Source: an uncultured Acidobacteriota bacterium
Lineage (GTDB): Bacteria; Acidobacteriota; Thermoanaerobaculia; Multivoradales; UBA5704
Assembly: GCA_963770895.1 (NCBI GenBank)
Contig: CAVYRF010000002.1
Coordinates: forward strand, 5,440,001-5,504,000
Direction of reading: 5' to 3'
Length of the DNA stretch: 64,000 nucleotides
Shown: piece by piece, positions 23,617 through 32,630 of the stretch
How the letters are laid out: every line of letters starts with the position of its first letter
How positions within the stretch are numbered: the stretch's first letter is position 1
Translations under genes and position numbers: made by a program
Notes under the pieces: model-generated
What the model saw: only the letters and a program-made list of their open reading frames with translations
The model's database searches: none
Told to the model about the DNA's origin: nothing

Positions 23617-25293
23617 TCACTCGGTCTGGTGGTCGTCGCGGTTGTGCGCCGGCGCCGTGGGCGCCGTGGGCATGACGCCGGCCATCGCGGCCAGCTGCTG
23701 GTCGCTGTGACGGATGAAGAACTGCTGGATGCGCTCGCCCGCGGCGCGGCCGTCGAGCCAGGCGCGGCACAGGCCCTCGATCGCCAGGTGGACGATCTCG
23801 CCGGGCACGCGCCGCAGCACCGGCCGGCCGATCGCCGCGTCGCGGCCCAGGCCGCCGCGCAGGAACAGGTCGTAGCCCTGCTGCCGCTCGCCGCCCGGAC
23901 CGCGCTCGCGCAGCGTGGTGCCCTGCAGGCCGATGTCGCCGATCCAGTGATGGGCGCAGGCGTGCGGGCAGCCGTCCAGGTTGAGGCGCAGGTCGCCCAG
24001 CGCCGCCGCCCGGTCGCCGAAAGCTTCTTCCAGGTGCTCGACGATCTGGCGCAGGCGCCCCTTGGTCTCGGCGACGGTGAAGTTGCAGAACGGGTTGCCG
24101 GTGCAGGCGATGGCCTGCCGCCGCAGGCTGCCGGCGGCGAGCGGGAAGCCGATCCGCCCGACTCGCTCGATCAGTTGGGCCGCGCGCTCCGCCGGGATCC
24201 CCGAGACGACGAAGTTCTGCCGGCGGGTGAGGCGGATCTCACCTGCGGGTCCGGCGATCTCTTCGGCCGCGTCGGCCAGCCGCTGCATCTGCTCGCCGCT
24301 CATCAGGCCGAGGTAGACCGGGAAGCCGGCGTAGACCAGGCCGGGCTGGCGCTGCGGATGCAGGCCGCCGTGCTCCAGCTCGTCGACCGGCGGCGCGGGC
24401 ACGGCGCCGTCCGCGAGCGGGCGGCCCAGGCGCTCTTCGACGCGCTGGCGAAAGCGCTGCGGGCCGAGGTCGTCGACCATGAACTTGAGGCGGGCGCGCG
24501 CCCGCGACAGGCGGTAGCGGCGGTCTTCGCGCCACACGTCCAGGATCGCCCGCAACACCTCGATGCCGGCGTCGCGCGGCACGAAGACCCCGAGGTCGTC
24601 CGCCAGGCGCGGCCAGGTGGAAAGGCCGCCGCCCACCCGGACCGCGAAACCGGGCACGCCGTGGCGCAGGTGGCCGATGAGAGCGATGCAGTGCATCTCG
24701 GGGGCGTTGCACTGCCGCGGGCAGGCGGCGATGGTGATCTTGTGTTTGCGCGGCAGGTCGGAGTACTCGCGGTGGCGCAGGAAGGTGTCGGCCGCTTCCC
24801 GCACCAGCTCGCGGCAGTCGAACAGCTCGTCGTGGTCGATGCCGGCGACCGGGCAGCCGGTGATGTTGCGCACGTTGTCGCCGCAGGCGCCGGCGGTGGT
24901 CAGGCCGCCGGCGTCGAGCGTCGCCAGCACCTCCGGCAGGCAGGCCATCGCCAGCCAGTGGAGCTGGATGTTCTGGCGCGTGGTCAGCTCGCCGTGGCCG
25001 CGCCCGAACCGCTGCGAGATGCCGCCCAGGGTGCGCAGGGCGCCGGGGGTGAGGATGCCGCCGGGCACCTTGACCCGCATCATGAACGACCCCACCTTGG
25101 GCTTGTCGTGGTACAGGCCGTACCACTGGAGGCGCACCATGTCCTCCTCTGGAACCGCTTCGTAACCGGCGGCGACCATCGCCGGCAGGTCGTCGAGGAC
25201 CGCCAGACCGCCTTTTTCGTGCTTCAGGCGCTCCACCAGGTTGCGCTTGCGGACCAGCTCCCAATCGGGTTCGACTTCGGGCGCCTTGGGCAT
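23617..25293 (-). CDS. sir: Ferredoxin-dependent sulfite/nitrite reductase (siroheme, 4Fe-4S)
   Basis: LTTRQNIQ, GDNVRN, LPRKHK, ACTGNPFC and GCPHAC cluster motifs; first gene of an operon with cysH and siroheme genes. Confidence 0.9.
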   Translation of the reverse strand: MPKAPEVEPDWELVRKRNLVERLKHEKGGLAVLDDLPAMVAAGYEAVPEEDMVRLQWYGLYHDKPKVGSFMMRVKVPGGILTPGALRTLGGISQRFGRGHGELTTRQNIQLHWLAMACLPEVLATLDAGGLTTAGACGDNVRNITGCPVAGIDHDELFDCRELVREAADTFLRHREYSDLPRKHKITIAACPRQCNAPEMHCIALIGHLRHGVPGFAVRVGGGLSTWPRLADDLGVFVPRDAGIEVLRAILDVWREDRRYRLSRARARLKFMVDDLGPQRFRQRVEERLGRPLADGAVPAPPVDELEHGGLHPQRQPGLVYAGFPVYLGLMSGEQMQRLADAAEEIAGPAGEIRLTRRQNFVVSGIPAERAAQLIERVGRIGFPLAAGSLRRQAIACTGNPFCNFTVAETKGRLRQIVEHLEEAFGDRAAALGDLRLNLDGCPHACAHHWIGDIGLQGTTLRERGPGGERQQGYDLFLRGGLGRDAAIGRPVLRRVPGEIVHLAIEGLCRAWLDGRAAGERIQQFFIRHSDQQLAAMAGVMPTAPTAPAHNRDDHQTE

Positions 25294-25531
25294 CCAGCTC
25301 CTCCTGCGGTGCGGCCTGCTCGTTCAAATTCCTGGCTGCTCGCTTGCCGGCAGCGCCGGCACCAGGCGCAGCGCTGCCAGCCGCGGCTCCGGCGCCGCAT
25401 TTGCGGGGCGGCCGGCGCTCGCGCGTCGTCGCGGTGAGGGGCCGCGCCTGACGTCCGCGCGGCTCCTGTCTGGATGGGGGCGGAGGATGCGGGAGTGGGC
25501 GGGTCTAGGAACCGGCGCTCACCCCCGCTTG

Positions 25532-26284
25532 CTACAGGTGCAACAGGGGACGTTGCGGCCTGGGCGTGAGCGGGGGGAACGGGGCATCGATGCAGTCGGT
25601 TCCATTTGCGACCAATTCTATCACCAATTGGGAACCGGGATGCAACCTGCCTAGCTCGCGGTAGTTCGCGGCCGTGACGGGCCAGCGCGCAAAGTAGCCG
25701 TCTGCCCAGACCAGGTTCTGGGAACGGTCGGAGGCGGCGAAGGGGCCGATGGTGTAGGTGTCGGCGGCGAAGCGGCGGTCGGCGCCGCCGGTACGAATGA
25801 CCATCGTCTGCCGGGCGTCGGGATCCTGGGTGTTGAGGCGGTATTCGTAGGCTCCGCCCCAGGGGTCGGTCCGCGGCAGGCTCTTGAGGTATTTGGGCAC
25901 CAGCAGACTCTGCAGGCTCTGATAGGAGATGAGCGGCACGCGGGTGACGTCGACGGCGGTCGGCGCCGGCGGCTTGCCATCCGTCCGGTGCGTCCGGCGG
26001 GGTGCCATCTCCGCTGCGTACCAACCGAACATGGCCGTGCCCACGTTGCGCAGGTCGCGGATGGCCAGTTGCAGGGCGGCGTTCTGGTCCGCCGTGGACG
26101 CCGCGGCATCCACCGCCGAGGCGGCGGCAGCGGCCGGCGAGCTCGCTGCGGCATCGGGCGCGGTCGCTGCTGCTGCGCCGGCCGGGAGGCGCAGGCAGAG
26201 GGCCAGCGCGCCCAGCGCTCCCATGGCGACGTTGAACAGCCGGGTCGACGGTGGCGCGACGGCGCGATTCCAGCGTTGTTGCAT
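25532..26284 (-). CDS. Secreted protein with GspG/pseudopilin-like globular domain
   Basis: IRDLRNVGTAM helix, LVPKYLKSLPRTDPWGGAYEY, IRTGGADRRF; hydrophobic N-terminus without a prepilin G|FxxxE motif. Confidence 0.65.
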   Translation of the reverse strand: MQQRWNRAVAPPSTRLFNVAMGALGALALCLRLPAGAAAATAPDAAASSPAAAAASAVDAAASTADQNAALQLAIRDLRNVGTAMFGWYAAEMAPRRTHRTDGKPPAPTAVDVTRVPLISYQSLQSLLVPKYLKSLPRTDPWGGAYEYRLNTQDPDARQTMVIRTGGADRRFAADTYTIGPFAASDRSQNLVWADGYFARWPVTAANYRELGRLHPGSQLVIELVANGTDCIDAPFPPLTPRPQRPLLHL

Positions 26285-26392
26285 GGCGGTCTCCTGGTCG
26301 CGGTCCGCCGCGCGTGGCGGGATTGCCGGGTGGGGCAGACGGCGCCTTGGTGTCGCTATAGACACGCGCGCCGCGGCGATCGCAACCCCTGT

Positions 26393-27187
26393 TCAGCGCG
26401 CCGGCGTTTCGCGGTGCAGGGCGCTTTCGTGCCAGCGGCGGAGCAGCAGGTGGGAGACGGCGGCCAGAGCGGCGTAGAGGGCGACGCCGGCGGCGGCGAG
26501 CAGCGCCAGGGCGGCGAACATGCGCGGGATCTGCAGGTTGTAACCGGCTTCGAGGATGCGGTAGGCCAGGCCCGAGGCGGTGCCGCCGCTGCCGGCGACG
26601 AATTCGGCGACCACGGCGCCGATGAGGGCCAGGCCGCCGCTGATGCGCAGGCCGGCGAGGAAGTGGGGCAGGGCGCCGGGCAGGCGGACGGTGCGCAGCA
26701 CCTGCCAGCGGGAGGCGCCGTACAGCCGCAGCAGGTCGAGCAGGTTGTGGTCGGCGCTCTGCAGGCCCAAGGCAGTATTGGAGACCACTGGAAAGAAGGC
26801 GACCAGAAATGCGCACAGTGCGAGCGCCAGGTGCACGTTTTTGACCCAGATCAGCAGCAGCGGGGCGATGGCGACCAGCGGCGTCACCTGCAGGATGACC
26901 GCGAAGGGGAAGAGGCTGCGTTCCACCCAGCGCGCCTGGGTGATCAGGATCGCCAGCGTCGCTCCCAGGACGGCGGCGGCGGCCAGGGCCTGGGCGGTGA
27001 CGGCGAGGGTGGCCAGGAGCGACGGGTAGAGCAGCGGCCAGTCGGCGCGCAGCGCGGCGGCGATGCGCAGCGGGCCGGGGAGCAGGTATTCGGGGATGTG
27101 GCGCAGGCGCACCCAGGCCTCCCATGCGGCCAGGACCAGGGTGACGACCAGGACCGGCGGCAGGCCGGCGCGCAGCAGGCGCCTCAT
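26393..27187 (-). CDS. NitT/TauT-family ABC transporter permease
   Basis: Multiple TM segments; LRLYGASRWQ...LPGALP EAA-like loop; GAVVAEF. Confidence 0.9.
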   Translation of the reverse strand: MRRLLRAGLPPVLVVTLVLAAWEAWVRLRHIPEYLLPGPLRIAAALRADWPLLYPSLLATLAVTAQALAAAAVLGATLAILITQARWVERSLFPFAVILQVTPLVAIAPLLLIWVKNVHLALALCAFLVAFFPVVSNTALGLQSADHNLLDLLRLYGASRWQVLRTVRLPGALPHFLAGLRISGGLALIGAVVAEFVAGSGGTASGLAYRILEAGYNLQIPRMFAALALLAAAGVALYAALAAVSHLLLRRWHESALHRETPAR

Positions 27188-27957
27188 GATTCGGCCAGCG
27201 CCTGGGCGAGCAGCGCCGACACCGCCTGGCAGATCTGGCGATAGGGGTCCGAGGCTCGCCAGGCGGCGCCGCGCGGCAGGGGGGGCGGGTCGACCGCGAC
27301 CTCGCCCAGGAGCCTGCCGGGGCGGGCCGACAGGACGGCGATGCGGGTGGACAGGTAGGCCGACTCGTAGACGCCGTGGGTGACGAAGACGACCGTCAGG
27401 CCCTGGTCGCGCCACAGCGCCAGGAGGTCGTCGTTGAGGCGCCAGCGGGTGATCTCGTCGAGCGCCGCAAAGGGCTCGTCGAGCAGCAGCAGGCGCGGCT
27501 CGGGTGCCAGGGCGCGCGCGATGGCGGCGCGCATTTTCATGCCGCCCGACAGCTCGCGCGGATAGGCGCCGGCGAACTCCGCCAGGCCCAGGCGGTCCAA
27601 TGCCGCGGCGGCGCGGCGGCGGCGCTCGGCGCGCGGCACGCCGAGCAGGCGCAGCGGCATGGCGACGTTGCGCTCGACCGTCGCCCACGGCAGCAGCGTC
27701 GGCTCCTGAAAGACAAAGCCCAGGGCCTGCCGGTCGGCGAGCCGCGTCTCCACGGTGCCGGAGGTGGGTTGCAGCAGCCCGGCGATCAGGCGCAGCGCCG
27801 TGCTCTTGCCGCAGCCGGAAGGGCCGAGCAGGCTGAGCAGCTCGCCCGGTGCCACGGCGAGGTCGAGGGCGGCCAGCGCCTCGACGCCGCCGGCGAAGCG
27901 TTTGCCGGCGCCGCGCAGGCGGACGAGCGGCTCAGCGCCGCGGTGGTCCGGCAGCAC
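27184..27957 (-). CDS. NitT/TauT-family ABC transporter ATP-binding protein
   Basis: GPSGCGKST, LSGGMKMR, LLLLDEPFAALD, FVTH. Confidence 0.92.
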   Translation of the reverse strand: MLPDHRGAEPLVRLRGAGKRFAGGVEALAALDLAVAPGELLSLLGPSGCGKSTALRLIAGLLQPTSGTVETRLADRQALGFVFQEPTLLPWATVERNVAMPLRLLGVPRAERRRRAAAALDRLGLAEFAGAYPRELSGGMKMRAAIARALAPEPRLLLLDEPFAALDEITRWRLNDDLLALWRDQGLTVVFVTHGVYESAYLSTRIAVLSARPGRLLGEVAVDPPPLPRGAAWRASDPYRQICQAVSALLAQALAES

Positions 27958-29023
27958 CGTGCGCAGCAGCCGCGGCGGGGACGTGGGCCGCCCGCATCCC
28001 GACCCGCCGGTTGACGAACCGCAGGGTGTAGGCGCGCGAGATGTCGAGCGCCGGCGCATAGAGGCCGGCGCGGATCATGGTGGCGGCGAAGGAGTGCCAG
28101 CGGGCATCGGTCATGGCGCCGATGCCCAGGGTCTGCGCGTCGCCGGATTCGAGCACGCCGTAGCGCTTGAGCGCCGCGATGCCGTAGGCGATCAGGCCGT
28201 CGGTCATCTCGGGGTTGTCGCGCTTGATCAGGGCGTTGGCGGCAGCGGGGTCGCCATACAGATAGCTGTACCAGCCCTCGATGCTGGCGTCGACGAAGCG
28301 CTGCACCAGGTCGGGGCGCGTTTCGACCAGCCGCCGCGAGCATTCGAGCGTCGTCGAATAGCTGTCGAAGCCGTGGTCCGCCATCAGCAGGACGACCGGT
28401 TGGACGCCCGCCTTGGCCAGCGTGTAGGGCTCGCTCGTCAGGTAGCCCTCCTGGATGGCGTGCGGGTCGGCCAGAAACGGCGCCATGTTGAAGGTGTAGG
28501 TGCGGATCTGGTCGTCGGTGTAGCCGAAGCGCAGCTTGAGAAAGTTCCAGAACGTGGCGCGCGCCGCCGGCGCCACCAGGATGGGCTTGCCCTTGAGGGC
28601 CTCGAAGGTGTCGTTGCCCTGGCCCGGATGGGCCAGCAGCACCTGCGGGTCCTTTTGAAAGATCGCCGCCACGGTGACGACCGGCACGCCGGCGCGGGCG
28701 TAGTTGAGCGCCGCGAAGGAGTCGGCGCCGACGTTGAAATCGATCTGCCCGGCGGCCAGCAGCTGCGAGTTGTTGAGCTGCGGCCCGCCCATGCGCAGGG
28801 TCACGTCGAGCCCATGGCGGCGATAGATGCCGGTCGCCAGCGCCTGGTAGAAGCCGCCGTGCTCCGCCTCCGCCTTCCAGTTGGTGGCGAACGTGACGCG
28901 ATCGAGCGCCGTCGCCGCGGCCCGCGGGGGCACCGTCGCGGGTGCCGCGGGCGCCGCGGTGAGCGCCATCGTCGCCGCCGCAAGGGCGGCGGCCGCCAGG
29001 CCGGTCCGGAGAGGTCGATGCAC
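27932..29023 (-). CDS. NMT1/THI5-like ABC substrate-binding protein
   Basis: Signal peptide; TNWKAEAEHGGFYQA; GYLTSEP. Confidence 0.9.
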   Translation of the reverse strand: MHRPLRTGLAAAALAAATMALTAAPAAPATVPPRAAATALDRVTFATNWKAEAEHGGFYQALATGIYRRHGLDVTLRMGGPQLNNSQLLAAGQIDFNVGADSFAALNYARAGVPVVTVAAIFQKDPQVLLAHPGQGNDTFEALKGKPILVAPAARATFWNFLKLRFGYTDDQIRTYTFNMAPFLADPHAIQEGYLTSEPYTLAKAGVQPVVLLMADHGFDSYSTTLECSRRLVETRPDLVQRFVDASIEGWYSYLYGDPAAANALIKRDNPEMTDGLIAYGIAALKRYGVLESGDAQTLGIGAMTDARWHSFAATMIRAGLYAPALDISRAYTLRFVNRRVGMRAAHVPAAAAAHGAAGPPRR

Positions 29024-29195
29024 GCCGGGATCGTACCACCCGGGTTTCTCGCCGGTGCGGGCGCCGGCGGGGGGAGCACTCTTGCGGCGCCGGGAGAGAC
29101 CAATCGGTGGCGCGGGGAGAGGTGGTATTGTGGCGGGGTCGATTTGAATGACTACGGTGAGGCCACTTTTGCCCGCAACCCGCGGGCGCCCTGCG

Positions 29196-30683
29196 ATGGA
29201 CGTCCTGCCTGCCGCGCCCCCTTTGATCCGCCTCGACGCGCGGGGTGGCGTGTCGCTGCAGCAGCAGGTCTATGCCGGCATCCGGCGGGCGATCCTGGAC
29301 GGGGTGCTGGGGCCGGGGGCGCGGCTGCTGTCGTCGCGGGCGCTGGCGATGGATCTGGGCGTGTCGCGGACGACCACCCTGGTGGCGCTGGAGCAGCTGA
29401 CGGCCGAGGGCTACCTGACGGCGCGGCGCGGCTCCGGCACCTTTGTGGCCGACGAGCTGCCGGACATGCTGCCGCAGCCCCGGCCGGCGCGGAGCGCGGC
29501 GGCGGGCGGCGCAGCGCCGGGGCTGTCGCGGCGCGGTGCGGCGCTGGCGCGGATGCCGCCGCCGGGGTTGCGCACCGGCGGACCGCCGCGGGCGTTTCGC
29601 ATCGGCACGCCGGGCCTGGACCTGTTTCCGTGGCGGCTATGGTGGCGCCTGGCGCACCGGCGGCAGCGGTCGCTGTCGCCGGCGCGGCTGGATTACGGCG
29701 ATCCGGCGGGCCTGCGCGCGCTGCGCCAGGCGATCGCCGAGCACGTGAGCCTGAGCCGCGGCACGCGCTGCGACGCCGACCAGGTGTTGATCGTCGCCGG
29801 CGCCCAGCGCGGCGTCGACCTGGTGTGCCACCTGCTGCTGGATCCGGACGACCTGGTGTGGATCGAGGAGCCGGGCTACCCTGGCGCGCGCAGCGCCCTG
29901 GTGGCGGCGGGGGCGCGCCCGTGCCCAGTGCGCGTGGATGCCGACGGCCTGGACGTCGAGGCCGGCTTGCGCCGCGCCGCCGGCGCGCGCATGGCCTACG
30001 TCACGCCGTCGCACCAGTTCCCGCTGGGCGTGCCGATGAGCCTGCCGCGCCGCCTGGCGCTGCTGGAATGGGCGCGCGCCGCCGGCGCCTGGATCGTCGA
30101 AGACGACTACGACAGCGAGTTCCGCTACGGGGCGCACCCGGTGCCGTGCCTGCACGGCTTGGATCCGGACGGGCGCGTGCTCTACGTCGGCAGCTTCAGC
30201 AAGTCGGTGTTTCCCACCTTGCGATTGGGTTTCCTGATCGCGCCGCCCAACCTGTACGACAAGCTGGTGGCGGCGCGCAACGCCGCCGACGTGCATCCGC
30301 CGGGCCTGGACCAGGCGGTGCTCGCCGACTTTATCGGCGAGGGGCATTTTGAGCGCCACCTGCGGCGGATGCGCGCCGCCTACCGCGAGCGGCTGGAAGC
30401 CTTCGGCGCCGCCGCCCGGCGCCTGTGCGGCGGCGCCTTGCAGCTGCACGACGTCCGCTCCGGCCTGCACGCGGTGGGCGACCTGCACGGCGTGGACGCC
30501 AGCCGCGTCTTCGGCCAAGCGGCGGCGCGCGGCGTCGAGGTCATGCCGCTGGCCGCCTACTACGTGCACCGGGCGCGCGCCGCCAACGGCCTGGTCTTCG
30601 GCTTTGCCGCGGTGCCGCCCGCGGCCGCCTGCCGGGGCATGGAGCGGCTGGCCGCCGCCATCGAAGCCGCCGCCGCCGGCTGA
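29196..30683 (+). CDS. MocR/GabR-family PLP-dependent transcriptional regulator
   Basis: GntR HTH (LSSRALAMDLGVSRTT, EGYL...GSGTFV); aminotransferase domain (YVTPSHQFPLG, EDDYDSEF, GSFSK). Confidence 0.93.
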   Translation: MDVLPAAPPLIRLDARGGVSLQQQVYAGIRRAILDGVLGPGARLLSSRALAMDLGVSRTTTLVALEQLTAEGYLTARRGSGTFVADELPDMLPQPRPARSAAAGGAAPGLSRRGAALARMPPPGLRTGGPPRAFRIGTPGLDLFPWRLWWRLAHRRQRSLSPARLDYGDPAGLRALRQAIAEHVSLSRGTRCDADQVLIVAGAQRGVDLVCHLLLDPDDLVWIEEPGYPGARSALVAAGARPCPVRVDADGLDVEAGLRRAAGARMAYVTPSHQFPLGVPMSLPRRLALLEWARAAGAWIVEDDYDSEFRYGAHPVPCLHGLDPDGRVLYVGSFSKSVFPTLRLGFLIAPPNLYDKLVAARNAADVHPPGLDQAVLADFIGEGHFERHLRRMRAAYRERLEAFGAAARRLCGGALQLHDVRSGLHAVGDLHGVDASRVFGQAAARGVEVMPLAAYYVHRARAANGLVFGFAAVPPAAACRGMERLAAAIEAAAAG

Positions 30684-30692
30684 AGAGCGCCG

Positions 30693-30777
30693 GCCCCTCA
30701 AGAGGAGTCAGGCGCGGCCGGCCAGGCGGGACACTAGCCCCTCAAGAAAAGTCAGGCGCGCCGGCCGGGCGGCGCTA
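30693..30777. repeat. Imperfect ~44-bp tandem duplication between convergent mocR and hypB
   Basis: GCCCCTCAAGAGGAGTCAGGCGCGGCCGGCCAGGCGG followed by GCCCCTCAAGAAAAGTCAGGCGCGCCGGCCGGGCGG. Confidence 0.8.
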
Positions 30778-31467
30778 GACGTTCGCCGTAGCGGCGGCGG
30801 CCGCGGTGCTGGCGCTGGCAGCTCGCGTGGTCAGGGCGGCCAGCCAGCTGTCCAGGCCCTGGCCGGTGCGGGCGGAGGTTTCCAGGATGGGCATGCCGGG
30901 GCGGACCGCCTGGATGTTGCCGTGCGCTTCGTCGCGCGCGAAGCCCACGGCGTCGGCCAGGTCGATCTTGGTGATGACGGCGAGGTCGGCGGAGTTGTAG
31001 ATCGTCGGATATTTGAGCGGTTTGTCTTCGCCCTCGGTGACCGCCATCAGGACGACGCGCAAGGCTTCGCCCAGGTCGTAGCTCGACGGGCAGACCAGGT
31101 TGCCGACGTTTTCGACGAAGAGCAGGTCGAGCGCCGCCAGGTCCCAGTCCGCCAGCGCCTTGTCGACCATCTCAGCGTCCAGGTGGCAGATGGTGCCGGT
31201 GACGATCTGCTGCACGCGCGCCCCCGAGCGGGCCAGGCGCTGGGCGTCGCGGTCGGTGGCCAGGTCGCCCACCAGGGCGCCCACGCGGTGGTTGCGGCCC
31301 AGTTGGGTCAGGGTGGTTTCGAGCAGGCTGGTCTTGCCGGCGCCGGGGCTGGACACCAGGTTGACGACGAAGACTCCCGCGGCGGCGAAGCGGCGGCGCA
31401 GGTCGTGTGCCAGCAGGTCGTTCTTCTTGAGCACCCCCTGGCGGACCTCAAGGATGCGGGTCGTCAT
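30775..31467 (-). CDS. hypB: Hydrogenase nickel-insertion GTPase HypB
   Basis: SSPGAGKT, CHLDA, ENVGNLVCP, EGEDKPLKYP, TKID. Confidence 0.95.
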   Translation of the reverse strand: MTTRILEVRQGVLKKNDLLAHDLRRRFAAAGVFVVNLVSSPGAGKTSLLETTLTQLGRNHRVGALVGDLATDRDAQRLARSGARVQQIVTGTICHLDAEMVDKALADWDLAALDLLFVENVGNLVCPSSYDLGEALRVVLMAVTEGEDKPLKYPTIYNSADLAVITKIDLADAVGFARDEAHGNIQAVRPGMPILETSARTGQGLDSWLAALTTRAASASTAAAAATANV

Positions 31468-31900
31468 CGACGCTTACCTCCATGGATTTGAGCTCCAGCT
31501 CGCGGCCCTCGAGGACTTCGGGCGTCGGCTCGCCGCAGACGGGGCAGCAGAAGTTTTGGATCGACGCCAGCGTGCGCCGCGCCGCGCAGCGCGGGCAGTA
31601 CACCACGACCGGCACGTCTTCGATCTGCAGGCGGGCGCCGGCGATGGGCGTGCCTTCGGCGGCCAGGTCGAAGGAAAAGAGCAGGGCTTCCTTGACCACC
31701 CCGGCGAGCGGCCCCAGCCGCAGGTGCAGCGCCAGCACGCGCGGGAGCGAGCTGCCGCCGTTGCCGTTTGCGGGGGTGGTCGGGGAGCCGGAGGTGGGGG
31801 AGAGCCCCGACGCGAGCGGCAGGTCTGCCGCTCGGACCTGACTAGCCAGATGATCGCAGGCGGTTTCGATCAAGCTGACGGCGATAGACAGCTCGTGCAT
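31448..31900 (-). CDS. hypA: Hydrogenase nickel chaperone HypA
   Basis: MHELSIA; CPRC...CPVC; GREL. Confidence 0.95.
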   Translation of the reverse strand: MHELSIAVSLIETACDHLASQVRAADLPLASGLSPTSGSPTTPANGNGGSSLPRVLALHLRLGPLAGVVKEALLFSFDLAAEGTPIAGARLQIEDVPVVVYCPRCAARRTLASIQNFCCPVCGEPTPEVLEGRELELKSMEVSVDDDPHP

Positions 31901-31964
31901 CGGTCGATCATCCTACCATCGGCCCGCGCCCGCGCCGGCGCCGGCGTCGATTTGGTTCGCGGGC

Positions 31965-31980
31965 TGGCAGCGACCTTGCT
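31965..31980 (+). promoter_or_regulatory. Candidate sigma-54 promoter
   Basis: TGGCAGCGACCTTGCT with canonical -24 GG / -12 GC spacing, upstream of the gene at 32108. Confidence 0.5.
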
Positions 31981-32107
31981 TTAGATCCAGGCAGGGGCGT
32001 GTGGCAAGCAAGCACGACCCGATTCCGCGCAGCCGTGCCGCAAACCGCGCCGCTTTTGAAGGGTCGATCGGGGGGACAGGCACGCGCTGATTAGAAAGGA
32101 GACTTGC

Positions 32108-32545
32108 ATGAACCTCAAGAAACGAACTTTGACTTACAGCCTGGCGCTTGCGGCTCTGGCGCTGGGTCTCCTGACCGCCGCACCCGCGCTGGCCGCTTCG
32201 GTGTCGCTGGAAGGCATGGTCACCAGCGGTTCCGAACCGCAGTGCGTGGTGGTAAAGGATCACGACGGCAATTCCTTCCTGCTGGAGGGCACCGGCTGGT
32301 ACGGCATCGTCGGCAACGACTACGTGCGGCTGGAAGGTTCGATCGTTCCCGAGAACCGCTGCGGCGTCACCAGCGGCATCCAGGTGTCGAGCGTTTCGAC
32401 GGTCTGGCGTGACAGCACCCGCAAGGTGATCGTCTACCAGTCGACCGAGGGCAGCTTCGTCGACTGGGTGCGCGCCCATCGCGAACGCGAATGGCGGGAC
32501 TGGGAGACGCAGCATCACATCCCGCCGCCTCCTCCGCAGCGCTAG
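32108..32545 (+). CDS. Secreted hypothetical protein (small beta-rich domain, two Cys)
   Basis: RBS AAGGAG; signal peptide ending ALA; LEGMV...C...VRLEG...C. Confidence 0.8.
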   Translation: MNLKKRTLTYSLALAALALGLLTAAPALAASVSLEGMVTSGSEPQCVVVKDHDGNSFLLEGTGWYGIVGNDYVRLEGSIVPENRCGVTSGIQVSSVSTVWRDSTRKVIVYQSTEGSFVDWVRAHREREWRDWETQHHIPPPPPQR

Positions 32546-32569
32546 GTAGCATTCCAATCAGGTGTTCGC

Positions 32570-32630
32570 GGGCAGCTCCGCGGCCCGACCGAGCTGGCGC
32601 AAGCCGGCCTGGCGACCGCGGAGCTTGCCC
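32570..32630 (+). terminator. GC-rich hairpin after the 32108 gene
   Basis: GGGCAGCTCCGCGG...CCGCGGAGCTTGCCC outer arms with an inner GCAA-loop stem; no U-tract. Confidence 0.45.

Noticed and set aside
25294-25530. SAM riboswitch upstream of the cys operon
   Set aside because: No SAM-I/II/IV consensus visible on the minus strand
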